Source: an uncultured bacterium (GTDB lineage Bacteria; Chlamydiota; Chlamydiia; Chlamydiales; SM23-39). From it: a stretch of 46,721 nt of DNA. The translations under genes were made by a program, and so were the position numbers. The notes under the pieces were generated by a model. That model searched no databases. It was not told the DNA's origin and was given only the letters and a program-made list of their open reading frames with translations. Below, piece by piece: positions 18,505 through 28,030 of the stretch (position 1 is the first letter of the stretch; each line of letters opens with the position of its first letter). The DNA lies in the NCBI GenBank assembly GCA_964411685.1, contig CAYPMA010000001.1:1-46721 (forward strand), in the 5' to 3' direction.

Positions 18505-19629
18505 ATGAGAGGCATACCCATACGTATACAGCCCTTTTTTTGGCTTGTAGCAGCATTAATTGGATGGTTTGGATCCAGGACTCTGGTAGGGACACTCATT
18601 TGGGTGGCTATTATTCTTGTATCAGTATTAGTTCATGAGTTGGGTCATGCCTTGGCTGCCAAGGCTTTTGGGTTAAGCCCAAGAATTGATTTGGTGGCTA
18701 TAGGAGGGGTTACTACATACGAAATAAAAAATTTGAAGTATTATAAACAATTTTTAATAACACTATCCGGTCCTGTTTTTGGATTTTTGCTTTTTGTATT
18801 AGCTTCAGTATTATTGTATTTTAAAGTTTTTACTAATCCCTTGGCAATAACCGTTACTGCTACTATTCAAATGATCAATTTATTTTGGACTATAGTAAAT
18901 TTGGTCCCTGTTCTTCCACTAGATGGAGGGCAGCTGTTACGTATTGCCTTAGAAGGGTTCTTTGGAGTAAAAGGGTTCAAGCTTTCATTATTCATCGGCA
19001 TGACGATCTCACTTCTAATAAGCTTATTTTTCTTTTTAATAGGATATTTTTTAGTAGGGGCTATATTCTTTTTATTCGCTTTTCAAAGCTTTGATGCCTG
19101 GAAAAAATCAAAAAATATTTCATCGGAAGATAGAGAAATAAATTTGTCAGAAGAATTTCAAAAAGGTGAAACAGCCTATTTATCTGGTGATTTAAAATCT
19201 GCAAGAGATATTTTTAAAGATCTTAGAGAAAAATCTCATAAGGGTATGATATTTTCTTCTGCGACACATTATTTGGCCTTGATGGAATATGAACAGGGAA
19301 ACAAACATGAGTCTTATGAATTATTATTATCTGTAAAAGAACATCTTTCTGAAGAAGCTCTTTGTTTATTGCAACGACTTGCCTTTGATGAAAAGAATTA
19401 TCATTTAGTTGTTGAATTATCATCAACATGCTTTCAGTTAACACAAAATCAGGAAGTAGCTCTTATTAATGCAAGGGCATTTGCAAGCATTAATGAACCA
19501 AAACCTGCTGGCGGATGGCTTCAAACAGCGCTTAAATATGGTAATTTAGATGTGGAAAAAATATTGAACGAGAATTTTTTTGATAAAGTTAAAAATGATC
19601 CGAAATTTTTATCTTTTTTTAAAAAATAG
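18505..19629 (+). CDS. M50 (site-2 protease family) membrane metalloprotease with C-terminal helical-repeat (TPR-like) domain
   Basis: 374 aa. HELGHAL sits in the first TM region, with NLVPVLPLDGGQL and several TM helices. The soluble C-terminal ~170 aa looks like a helical repeat. Confidence 0.8.
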   Translation: MRGIPIRIQPFFWLVAALIGWFGSRTLVGTLIWVAIILVSVLVHELGHALAAKAFGLSPRIDLVAIGGVTTYEIKNLKYYKQFLITLSGPVFGFLLFVLASVLLYFKVFTNPLAITVTATIQMINLFWTIVNLVPVLPLDGGQLLRIALEGFFGVKGFKLSLFIGMTISLLISLFFFLIGYFLVGAIFFLFAFQSFDAWKKSKNISSEDREINLSEEFQKGETAYLSGDLKSARDIFKDLREKSHKGMIFSSATHYLALMEYEQGNKHESYELLLSVKEHLSEEALCLLQRLAFDEKNYHLVVELSSTCFQLTQNQEVALINARAFASINEPKPAGGWLQTALKYGNLDVEKILNENFFDKVKNDPKFLSFFKK

Positions 19630-19630
19630 A

Positions 19631-19656
19631 GCCTTCACCACGATTGTGATGAAGGC
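19631..19656. terminator. Hairpin between convergent M50 protease and htrA genes (bidirectional terminator candidate)
   Basis: GCCTTCACCAC-GATT-GTGATGAAGGC gives 10 of 11 stem pairs. It is GC-rich relative to its surroundings, with A/T runs on both sides. Confidence 0.6.
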
Positions 19657-19664
19657 AAAATAAG

Positions 19665-21116
19665 TTAGTTAAGTTTTACTGTAATAAACTTCGTCATGTT
19701 TTGATGCTTGATAAGTAACAATACATGTTTTTTCTTATCAATATCTTTTAGAGCTTCATGAAAGTCTGCAATATCTTTCAACTTAATCTGATTAAGTTGT
19801 AAAAGAAGCATGCCAGGCTTTATTCCTGATCTTTCAGCGAGTGAATTTGGTTTAACTGAAGTAATAATAATATTATTCATATTTTCATTATATCCCCATT
19901 TATTTAGCGTATTTGAAGGGATGTCCTTTATTTCAGCAACTTCAATTCCTAATTGGTCCATTTCTTTTGCTGAAATCTCTTTATCGGCATATGCCTCTAG
20001 AGATAATGTGATATACTGTATTTTATTATTACGCAAAACCTTGAATTTAACTTTGTCATTTGGGGACATTAAGGCAATTTTATTTCTAAAATCTCTTGCA
20101 TCAGTAATCTTATTATCATTGTACTCAATGATAATATCGCCTTGTTTTATTCCGGCTTTATGGGCAGGTGAATTATTTGGAACTTCGGATATTAAGACTC
20201 CTTCAGCTTTTTCCATATTCAATGTTTCTGCCATGTCTTTATCTATTGGCTGAAAAAATATTCCAATATATCCGCGTTTAACAGACCCATATTTTATTAT
20301 TTGATCTGTAACGTGTTTTGCCATATGGCTTGGTATTGCAAAGCCTATTCCCATATATCCTCCGCTTTTTGAGAGGATGGCTGTATTTATTCCAATTACT
20401 TCTCCATTAAGGTTTAATAGAGGTCCGCCGGAGTTGCCAAGGTTAATAGCAGCATCTGTTTGAATAAAATCTTCATAGCCTGATTGATCTGATATTTGAA
20501 GGTTATTTCTTCCTTTAGCGCTAACAACACCTACAGTAACTGTTGATTGAAGTGTAAAAGGATTTCCGATAGCAATTACCCATTCACAGATTTTTAATTC
20601 ATCAGAATTTCCAAATGAAAGGTGAGACATGTCATTTTTATCAATTTTTATTACTGCGATATCTGTTTTTGCATCTATTCCTATTAATCTTGCATCACAT
20701 TCTTCTCCATTATTTAATGTAGCAGTAATTTTATCTGCATCCTTCACTACGTGGTAGTTTGTTATTATGTATCCATCTTTAGAGATTACAAACCCAGAGC
20801 CTCCGGATATTTGTGTGTTTTGTTGAGGGGTTTGTTTATTTTTAAATTTTCTTGGGCCTCCAAAAAAATGCTTAAAAAAATCTTCTCCAAATAATTCTAA
20901 TGGATCTTCAAATCCTTCAAAATTATTTGATGAAATATTTTGTGTATAATGTGCCTTTATATAAACAACTGAAGGTGTTGCTTTTTTTGCAATTTCAGCG
21001 AAGCCTTTAGACATTTCTTCAAGATATTCTGTATTTTTTGCAGATAATGAAGAAATGAAAAATAATGGAATCAATAAGGTGGTTAATGCTAATTTTTTTA
21101 TGAAATTTTTTGTCAT
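19665..21116 (-). CDS. htrA: Periplasmic serine endoprotease HtrA/DegP (trypsin domain plus two PDZ domains)
   Basis: 483 aa with a signal peptide. Triad contexts are TNYHVV, DIAVIK and GNSGGPL. The C-terminal half is PDZ-like. Confidence 0.95.
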   Translation of the reverse strand: MTKNFIKKLALTTLLIPLFFISSLSAKNTEYLEEMSKGFAEIAKKATPSVVYIKAHYTQNISSNNFEGFEDPLELFGEDFFKHFFGGPRKFKNKQTPQQNTQISGGSGFVISKDGYIITNYHVVKDADKITATLNNGEECDARLIGIDAKTDIAVIKIDKNDMSHLSFGNSDELKICEWVIAIGNPFTLQSTVTVGVVSAKGRNNLQISDQSGYEDFIQTDAAINLGNSGGPLLNLNGEVIGINTAILSKSGGYMGIGFAIPSHMAKHVTDQIIKYGSVKRGYIGIFFQPIDKDMAETLNMEKAEGVLISEVPNNSPAHKAGIKQGDIIIEYNDNKITDARDFRNKIALMSPNDKVKFKVLRNNKIQYITLSLEAYADKEISAKEMDQLGIEVAEIKDIPSNTLNKWGYNENMNNIIITSVKPNSLAERSGIKPGMLLLQLNQIKLKDIADFHEALKDIDKKKHVLLLIKHQNMTKFITVKLN

Positions 21117-21189
21117 ATTTCTCTTTCTCCGTTTTAAAATTCCTTTTAATTAATATATCTAAAACAAATAAATAAAAATAGTTCTTTTG

Positions 21190-24150
21190 TTAAACAGGAA
21201 TAATATTTAATTCTTTCATATTAGCAGCTATAAACTTTTTGTTTTCATTTTCTAATAATGATTTATTGGCAAATGAAACAACTGTTTCTTTCCCTCTTTT
21301 TGATATTAAGTGCTCTTTTACAGCTTTTTCAATATCTTCTTTTTTAGCTTCTAATATTTTTTTTCTAAACTCCTGGCGTATTTTTTTTGTTAGACCTTTT
21401 CTTTTCCATACATAGCCTGTTATAGCCCTTCCTCCAGGGAATATAGGCTTGTCTAAAGATTGAATAATGCTAAGTTTTGCTTCTTCTAGTTCTTCATCTG
21501 TGAATAACCCTTTTGCAATTTCATCTTGGGCAATATGGCATGCTTCAACTGAAGATGCTAAATTAGGATCTCTGAAAGCAAAGAAATAAAATTTACCCTG
21601 CAATGGAAAGAAGTTTGCCCCACTTCCATAAGCACCGCCTTGTTCTCTAATTTTTTGATGAAGAACAATATGTTCAAATAATGAAGATCCAACAAATAGG
21701 TATGGGGCATCAGGATGGTAATAGTTAATTGTATCATATGCAATGCTCGTAAACGATACAGGGGATGGAATAATTCTTCCTTGTGACTCTACATTTTTAA
21801 ATGTGAAATTGTTTTCCCATGAAGTTATTTTTTTTGGTTCTAAAGCATCTAAACCATAAAAATTATTATCTTTCATTGTTTTAAAATGGTTTTTGCAGCA
21901 TGAAATTACAAGATCAAGATTATTGTATGTAAATATCTTATTCTGAAGCGCAGTAAGGCTCTCTATTAATTGCGGTAATTCATTATCGATATTATTAACA
22001 ATTTTTTGTAATTGATGATAATAGTCCAGTCCATGCCATTTATAATTAATATAAGAAGGTATGTCCATTCCTGCAAAAGATAAGGATACGGCATATCCCA
22101 TTGCATTGTTAACTAAGCTGTTTTGAATAAATGTATATTGCTGCAAAAGTAATTCTTTTATTCTGTCTTTATTACTCCAGTTAGGCGAGGTAATAGCATC
22201 AATTATTAATGAAATGAGCTTATCCGTATTTTTATATAATGCTTTTCCTCCAATAACAAATGAGGGAGAACACGTTTTAATATCTTTTGAACTTATATTT
22301 AATTCCATTGAACTAGCTATACCACCGGTATAAGAATGAATCATTTGCAAATTCTCTTCATAACTTCTTTGGTTTGATCCTATTTCAGTTAATAATGAGG
22401 AAAATAATGATGATAAAAAGAGTTCCTCATCAGATAGCTTCGGCATATCAAAAAGCAGGTTCACATAAACAATTTGATTTGTGAAACAGTCATGATGATA
22501 TATGTTAAAATTTTTCCATTTTTCTTCTGATAAGGTAAAATCTTTTACAGTTTTAGGTATTTCATTTATATGAATTTTAGGAAGACAATCTGAAGATTGT
22601 TTTGCCTGTGCAATTTGAAAGTCTTTTAGTTTTTGTGTATTTTCAATGATTTTTTTTGTTTCTGCTTCTGATAATTTGCTTTTTATCTTTTCTAATTCAT
22701 CAATTTCATCTTGTCGTTCTTCTTTTTCGAGATTCTTATCTGGAATAAGCGTTAAATCTAGCCTATGCTTATTGTTTAATAAGTATTTTTCTATTACGGA
22801 AGGTAAGTAGTCGGGGTCTTTTAACTTATTGTTTATTGATTCAAAAAGAGAATGAATCATCAGGCCATTTTCAGGTTCACATTTATGTTGCTTTAGCAAT
22901 GCCGATCTAAAAAATAATATTAATCCATATGGAGATCTTGATCTTACAATTTCCGATCTTGAAAATTCAAGCTGATGAAGCGATGCATCAATAAGTTTTT
23001 TATTAATTTTATTCTTTACTAGATCTCTTAGTGTATTTTCAATTATTTCAAATAACTTGTGTTTATTTTTTTTATCAGTTCCTTTGCATACTATTACCCA
23101 TGGAAGTTCATTAATTTCAGAGTCAATAAAGCTATATACCTGAGTCGTTAGATTTGATTTTAATAGAGCATGTTTAAGAGGTGAGGCATCCGTGTCCATC
23201 AAAATGCTCTCAAGTAATGTGATAGCAATTACATCTTCCTGATTAGCTATAGGGCATGTGAGCCAGCTGAAAGAAATGATATCTTTATTCTTATCATCTT
23301 CATTTTCAGAAATTGGATATTTAATTTCCTTTTCTATTGGGCTATTGAATCTTTTTTGTAATTTAATAATTGGCAGATCCTTTGGCTTTTCAATATTATT
23401 TAATGCATGCTCTTCAATAAAATCCAAATGTTTTTCTAACGGTATATTTCCATAGAAAAAGAATAAACAATGCCCCGGATGATAATAAGTACGATGGAAT
23501 TCTTTTAACTGCTCATATGTAATTTGAGGTATGATTTTTGGTTCTCCTCCGGAATTATAAGAATAAGGAAGATCAGGCATTAAGTTTTTTTTAATCTCTT
23601 CCATTAGCCTTGAATCGCTCGATGCCATGGCGCCTTTCATTTCATTATAAACAACACCTTTTCTTGTTAATGAACTTTTAGGGTTGTTAGGTTCTTTGAA
23701 TTCAAGGCGGTGTCCTTCCTGCATGAAGCTGAGCTCCTTTAATGAAGGATTAAAAACTGCGTCAATATATACTTCAAATAAGTTATAAAAGTCTTTTTCA
23801 ACTAATGAGCTTGCAGGGTAGCATGTAAAATCTTCACCGGTCATAGCATTCATGAAAGTATTAACGCTTCTTCTTAACATTGAAAAGAAAGGATCTTTTA
23901 CAGGGAATTTTTTAGATCCGCATAATACAGTATGTTCTAATATGTGGGGAGCTCCGTTTGAGCTTAGTGGATATGTTTTGAATGACAATGAAAATAAATT
24001 TTCCTCATCATCATTTTGCAAATGTATGACTTGTGCTTTTGTTTTGTCATGAACAAGTTCTATCAAGGTGTTTTTAATTTCTGGCAGAGGTAAATATTTT
24101 GTTACTGTAAAATTTTTATACTTTTGATCTTTTTTTAAAATTTTTGACAT
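21190..24150 (-). CDS. M16-family (insulinase/pitrilysin) zinc metalloprotease, long PreP/falcilysin-like form
   Basis: 986 aa with the inverted zinc motif HILEHTVLCGS (HxxEH). The length and four-domain layout are typical of presequence-protease-like M16C enzymes. Confidence 0.9.
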   Translation of the reverse strand: MSKILKKDQKYKNFTVTKYLPLPEIKNTLIELVHDKTKAQVIHLQNDDEENLFSLSFKTYPLSSNGAPHILEHTVLCGSKKFPVKDPFFSMLRRSVNTFMNAMTGEDFTCYPASSLVEKDFYNLFEVYIDAVFNPSLKELSFMQEGHRLEFKEPNNPKSSLTRKGVVYNEMKGAMASSDSRLMEEIKKNLMPDLPYSYNSGGEPKIIPQITYEQLKEFHRTYYHPGHCLFFFYGNIPLEKHLDFIEEHALNNIEKPKDLPIIKLQKRFNSPIEKEIKYPISENEDDKNKDIISFSWLTCPIANQEDVIAITLLESILMDTDASPLKHALLKSNLTTQVYSFIDSEINELPWVIVCKGTDKKNKHKLFEIIENTLRDLVKNKINKKLIDASLHQLEFSRSEIVRSRSPYGLILFFRSALLKQHKCEPENGLMIHSLFESINNKLKDPDYLPSVIEKYLLNNKHRLDLTLIPDKNLEKEERQDEIDELEKIKSKLSEAETKKIIENTQKLKDFQIAQAKQSSDCLPKIHINEIPKTVKDFTLSEEKWKNFNIYHHDCFTNQIVYVNLLFDMPKLSDEELFLSSLFSSLLTEIGSNQRSYEENLQMIHSYTGGIASSMELNISSKDIKTCSPSFVIGGKALYKNTDKLISLIIDAITSPNWSNKDRIKELLLQQYTFIQNSLVNNAMGYAVSLSFAGMDIPSYINYKWHGLDYYHQLQKIVNNIDNELPQLIESLTALQNKIFTYNNLDLVISCCKNHFKTMKDNNFYGLDALEPKKITSWENNFTFKNVESQGRIIPSPVSFTSIAYDTINYYHPDAPYLFVGSSLFEHIVLHQKIREQGGAYGSGANFFPLQGKFYFFAFRDPNLASSVEACHIAQDEIAKGLFTDEELEEAKLSIIQSLDKPIFPGGRAITGYVWKRKGLTKKIRQEFRKKILEAKKEDIEKAVKEHLISKRGKETVVSFANKSLLENENKKFIAANMKELNIIPV

Positions 24151-24205
24151 AAAAAATTCCTATTCCTTCTTAAAGATAATAACTTTAGGAAAGATAGGAA
24201 TTTTT
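24151..24205 (-). terminator. Rho-independent terminator candidate after the 89-aa basic-protein gene
   Basis: AAATTCCTAT (24154-24163) pairs perfectly with ATAGGAATTT (24194-24203). An inner TAAAG/CTTTA pairing encloses an internal loop. On the minus strand the hairpin is followed by a T6 run that leads into the M16 start codon. Confidence 0.5.
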
Positions 24206-24224
24206 GCCAACTCAAGAAGATTAT

Positions 24225-24494
24225 TTATTTAAGTCTTCTATCCCATTTTTTATGGGAATTCCATTCTTTAGCTAAGTAATTGCATTCTCCAAATATTAAT
24301 AAAATATTTGCGTGATCTTTCATCAATGTTTCTTTACTTGCTTTTCTAATAATGTCTTTATGAAGTTTGTGTATTGCGCTATGTAGTTTTTTTTCTGATT
24401 GTGTGATTATTTTTTCCTGGGCCTTTATGTCAGATTCAGTATATGTTGCAGTTCTTTTTTGAGACTTAGTCTTTCTTTTTTTTATTTTGGCCAT
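24225..24494 (-). CDS. Small basic hypothetical protein (89 aa)
   Basis: ORF with a Lys/Arg-rich N-terminus (MAKIKKRKTKSQKR) and a terminator hairpin downstream. No recognisable domain. Confidence 0.5.
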   Translation of the reverse strand: MAKIKKRKTKSQKRTATYTESDIKAQEKIITQSEKKLHSAIHKLHKDIIRKASKETLMKDHANILLIFGECNYLAKEWNSHKKWDRRLK

Positions 24495-24506
24495 TTTTAA
24501 ACCTTT

Positions 24507-24596
24507 TTATTTGCATTTACATTTATTTTTGTGGTGGCATTTTTTTCTTTTTGCTTCCCACTTATTGTTTTTTTTATTCTTTTTCTTTTTATTCAT
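24507..24596 (-). CDS. Candidate 29-aa Lys-rich, Cys/His-containing micro-ORF (MNKKKKNKKNNKWEAKRKKCHHKNKCKCK)
   Basis: Hand-translated; not in the ORF track because it is too short. A strong GGAGGA lies 5 nt upstream of the ATG (minus-strand TTGGAGGATAAAATG). Its stop is 12 nt before the start of the 89-aa basic ORF. Confidence 0.3.
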   Translation of the reverse strand: MNKKKKNKKNNKWEAKRKKCHHKNKCKCK

Positions 24597-24883
24597 TTTA
24601 TCCTCCAAACAAAGAAGAAATTAATAATTAAGAGCGATGTTAAGTCACTCCATTAATATTATTATAATTTATTTATATATAAGAATGTCAAATTAAATAT
24701 TTAAATTATTGAATTATTTTGCAATTAACCTGTTAGTGCTTTACGATAAGGAGGTTAAGTGCTTAATTTATCTTTTATAAATTGGCAAGTATTTAATTTT
24801 TAGTGGTTAATGCAAAAATTAAGAATTATCTTTTTTGTGTTTTTAATTTATGATATATTCAATATTAGAAATTGAGAGACCAT

Positions 24884-25717
24884 ATGAAAAGGATTTACCT
24901 AATACCCAACATGATTACAGCATTTGGTCTTGCATGTGGACTTTTCGTAATATTTAAGGTCAACATGATAGAGCCCGGAAGCGGGTATTTTCAGGTAATG
25001 ACAACATCCGCTCTTTTCTTGCTTTTGGCTGCTGTTGCAGATTTTGTTGATGGCGCTGTGGCAAGGGTATTGAAAGCTGAATCTTCTTTTGGGGGAGCAT
25101 TTGATTCTTTGGCTGATGCCATTTCATTTGGTGTGGCCCCTTCTGTTTTATTATTAAAGAGTCTTTCTTTAGAGCAGGGCACAACACTATCATTTTTTGC
25201 TGCTACAGGTGCTATGATATATTCATTATGTGGAATATTGAGGCTTGTTAGGTTTAATGTTCAAAAGGAAGAGGCTAAGTCAGATGAATCAAAACTGGCA
25301 AGTAAGAGCAAGCATTTTACAGGGCTTCCTATAACGGCTGCTGCTGTGGCTGCAATATCTATGAATTTATTGCTGCTTTCACATTTCCCTAGGTTTATAG
25401 GCATGATTTCAGAGACGTCAAGGGCAGTTTTTTTAAGTACAATAATGATTTTGTTAGGATATTTGATGGTTAGCAGGTGGAAATTCCCTAGCTTGAAATT
25501 CTTACATTTCAGAGTAGCCTCATTTCATTTAGTTTGGCTTACTGTCTTGGTAGCTGTTTTTATCTTTTACGGCTTTTTATATTATTTCCATATAGTTTTA
25601 TTAATTTTATCATGGGGATATATAGTCTTAGCCCTTATCTTATCTCTAATTAGAGTAATAGCAGGAAAAAAATCTAAGACACTTAAGGATTTTGAGCCTG
25701 ATTCAGATGATGAATAA
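24884..25717 (+). CDS. pssA: CDP-alcohol phosphatidyltransferase (phosphatidylserine synthase-type)
   Basis: DFVDGAVARVLKAESSFGGAFDSLADAISFG matches DGx2ARx8Gx3Dx3D, and the protein is multi-TM. I prefer ATG 24884 (MKRIYLIPNMITAF) over the TTG at 24872 in the track. Confidence 0.85.
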   Translation: MKRIYLIPNMITAFGLACGLFVIFKVNMIEPGSGYFQVMTTSALFLLLAAVADFVDGAVARVLKAESSFGGAFDSLADAISFGVAPSVLLLKSLSLEQGTTLSFFAATGAMIYSLCGILRLVRFNVQKEEAKSDESKLASKSKHFTGLPITAAAVAAISMNLLLLSHFPRFIGMISETSRAVFLSTIMILLGYLMVSRWKFPSLKFLHFRVASFHLVWLTVLVAVFIFYGFLYYFHIVLLILSWGYIVLALILSLIRVIAGKKSKTLKDFEPDSDDE

Positions 25718-25793
25718 AATATTCTGGTTAAAAATATTTTAAAAAATTTTTGTTACAAATAATCCTTGCAACCAAGTATTTATTTAAATCAAG

Positions 25794-26612
25794 ATGTTGT
25801 TTGAGGATAAATATATGGAAAAAAGATTGTTTTTTGGGATGGAAGTAAGTTCTCCATGGCCTTCAAAATATCCCAATGGAAATATAATAAAAGAAAATAA
25901 TAGGCATCTAACGTTATCTTTTTTAGGAAGTATTGATTATGAAATAGTTAATTCAATGTTAGAGGATTTCCCTAAACCTCCATTTGATATTTCTAAGTGC
26001 GGGATTTTTGATAAATGTGTTTTTCTGCCTGAAAAACATCCTAATGTTGTTGCTTGGCATATCGAATGGCTAGATGGAATTGAAATAGAAGGGTATGCAA
26101 AAGAAATTGCAAATTGGATAAAGAATAATAATATTAAGCTGCATAATGAGAACAGAAAGTTTTTATCTCATGTAACTTTATGTAGAAAACCGGATAATGT
26201 TGAAGCATGGGAAAAATCTTTTGTAAGGCTTCCTATGATTACTAAAAACATCAATCTTTATGAGAGTTTAGGTAATTCAAATTACAATGTTCTTTGGAGT
26301 TATAATATTTTAAAATCTTTTGAGGAAATAGAACATACTGCAGATCTTGCCTTTTCTATAAGAGGTAAAAATATATTGGAAATATTTACAAATGCAAAAA
26401 TAGCTTTAAGCTTTAAATTTCCAGAAATAATCAATTATTTTTCAGAAGATGTACCTATTAATTCAATAGAAGATGTAATGGTTTCCTTAAATGACTTAAT
26501 TTCTATAGCTGATCAAAATACAGGTTGTCCTTTTAAAGCTGTAAGTCTTCATGGAGATTTAAAAAAAGATAAACATGATATTTTTTCATGGGAGATGCTT
26601 GTTGATGTATAA
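25794..26612 (+). CDS. Fusion protein: N-terminal 2H phosphoesterase (LigT/ThpR-like, 2',3'-cyclic phosphodiesterase family) plus C-terminal archease
   Basis: 272 aa. Two HxT/Sx motifs have LigT-like spacing (NRHLTLSFLG and LSHVTLCR). The C-terminal ~95 aa begin FEEIEHTADLAFSIRGKNILEIFTNA and end FKAVSLHGD...WEMLVDV, as in archease. The start could be ATG 25815 (MEKRLFFG). Confidence 0.75.
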   Translation: MLFEDKYMEKRLFFGMEVSSPWPSKYPNGNIIKENNRHLTLSFLGSIDYEIVNSMLEDFPKPPFDISKCGIFDKCVFLPEKHPNVVAWHIEWLDGIEIEGYAKEIANWIKNNNIKLHNENRKFLSHVTLCRKPDNVEAWEKSFVRLPMITKNINLYESLGNSNYNVLWSYNILKSFEEIEHTADLAFSIRGKNILEIFTNAKIALSFKFPEIINYFSEDVPINSIEDVMVSLNDLISIADQNTGCPFKAVSLHGDLKKDKHDIFSWEMLVDV

Positions 26613-28026
26613 TTTAGAAAAAATTGATGAATGTACATATCTTTTACCTAAAGAAAAAGACATGCTTGTTCCCGGTCTTATTATTGCCTCAGAAGAGTTA
26701 TTAAAATCTTTGGATAAATCTTTAGACCAGGTAAGAAATGTTGCATGCCTTCCTGGAATTGTTGGGTATAGCATTGCAATGCCGGACATCCATTGGGGAT
26801 ACGGGTTCCCGATCGGAGGGGTGGCAGCAATGGATATTAATGAAGGGGTTATAAGTCCTGGCGGGGTTGGATATGATATTAATTGCGGAGTTAGGATAGC
26901 AATAATAGAGGAGGAATTTAAAAATTTTGATCAAAATACAAAAGAAAAGCTGATCAATCAAATTTATGAACTTGTTCCATCAGGTGTTGGACATGGACAT
27001 AGAGATAAAAAAGGACTTTCCGATGAGGACTTTAAAAATTTAACTTCTCAAGGAGTTCGTTGGGCAATTGATAATGGATATGGACTAGAAGAAGATTTAT
27101 TGCATACTGAAAGCAATGGAAGGATTGATGGGGCTGATATTGATGCAGTATCGGAATATGCAAAGGAAAGGGGCAAAAAGCAGCTTGGAACGGTAGGTTC
27201 TGGGAATCATTTCATTGAGATAGGATATGTTGAAAAGATATATGATGAAGAAGTTGCAAAAAAATGGAATATAGCCATTGGAAAAACTTATGTTCAGGTT
27301 CATACCGGATCAAGAGGATTTGGTCATCAAGTTTGTCAAGATACTCTAAATGAGTTTTTAAAAAAAGGATTTCAAAAAGGACTTCCGGACAGGCAATTGG
27401 TTGCAGCCCCAATACAAAGCGATGAAGGGAAAAGATATTTTAAGGCTATGGCCGCAGCTGCTAACTTTGCTTTTAATAATAGACAGAGAATACTTCATTA
27501 TGTGCGTGAGGCATTTTTAAATGTATGCAATATTGGTCATAATAAGGTTAATCTTTTATATGATGTTTGTCATAATGTTGCAAAATTTGAAGAGCATATA
27601 GTTAACGGTAAAAAAATGAAATTATGTGTCCATAGGAAAGGAGCTACAAGAGCTTTTAAAAAAGATTCTAAGGAGCTTCCAAAAATATATCAGGAAACAG
27701 GGCAGCCTGTATTAATACCTGGCGATATGAAAAGAGCAAGCTACATAATGGTTGGCCTCGGCAATCCTTTAACATGGCAGTCTTCATGTCATGGAGCAGG
27801 AAGAAGTAAAAGCAGGATGCAGTCATTAAAAGATTGGAAAGGAAAAGATTTAAGGAAAATAATGGCAGAGGATAATATTTATGTAAAAGCATCATCTTAT
27901 AAGACTATAGCAGAAGAAATGCCGGATTCTTATAAAGATATTGATCAAGTAGTACAATCAGTTCATAATGCAAAGTTGGCTAAGATGGTGGCAAGATTAA
28001 AACCATCTTTAGTTATAAAGGGTTAA
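26605..28026 (+). CDS. rtcB: RNA 3'-phosphate/2',3'-cyclic phosphate ligase RtcB
   Basis: Motifs are GYDINCGVR, GSGNHFIE, HTGSRGFGHQV and SCHGAGR. I prefer ATG 26605 (MYNLEKID), which overlaps the upstream stop by 8 nt (ATGTATAA), over the track start at 26575. Confidence 0.95.
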   Translation: MYNLEKIDECTYLLPKEKDMLVPGLIIASEELLKSLDKSLDQVRNVACLPGIVGYSIAMPDIHWGYGFPIGGVAAMDINEGVISPGGVGYDINCGVRIAIIEEEFKNFDQNTKEKLINQIYELVPSGVGHGHRDKKGLSDEDFKNLTSQGVRWAIDNGYGLEEDLLHTESNGRIDGADIDAVSEYAKERGKKQLGTVGSGNHFIEIGYVEKIYDEEVAKKWNIAIGKTYVQVHTGSRGFGHQVCQDTLNEFLKKGFQKGLPDRQLVAAPIQSDEGKRYFKAMAAAANFAFNNRQRILHYVREAFLNVCNIGHNKVNLLYDVCHNVAKFEEHIVNGKKMKLCVHRKGATRAFKKDSKELPKIYQETGQPVLIPGDMKRASYIMVGLGNPLTWQSSCHGAGRSKSRMQSLKDWKGKDLRKIMAEDNIYVKASSYKTIAEEMPDSYKDIDQVVQSVHNAKLAKMVARLKPSLVIKG

Positions 28027-28030
28027 AATA

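Noticed and set aside
19810-20253. 147-aa ORF on the plus strand inside htrA
   Set aside because: It is entirely antisense to a confidently identified htrA, with low-complexity hydrophobic content and no RBS. This is a typical shadow ORF.
24960-25193. 77-aa and 63-aa minus-strand ORFs inside pssA
   Set aside because: They are antisense to the region encoding the diagnostic CDP-alcohol phosphatidyltransferase motif.
26575-26604. N-terminal extensions in the ORF track for rtcB (26575), pssA (TTG 24872), PIN-PhoH (TTG 31858) and the small basic protein (TTG 38006)
   Set aside because: In each case a downstream ATG with a better RBS or operon-style overlap gives an N-terminus matching the family's usual start. 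The extensions encode non-conserved-looking peptides.
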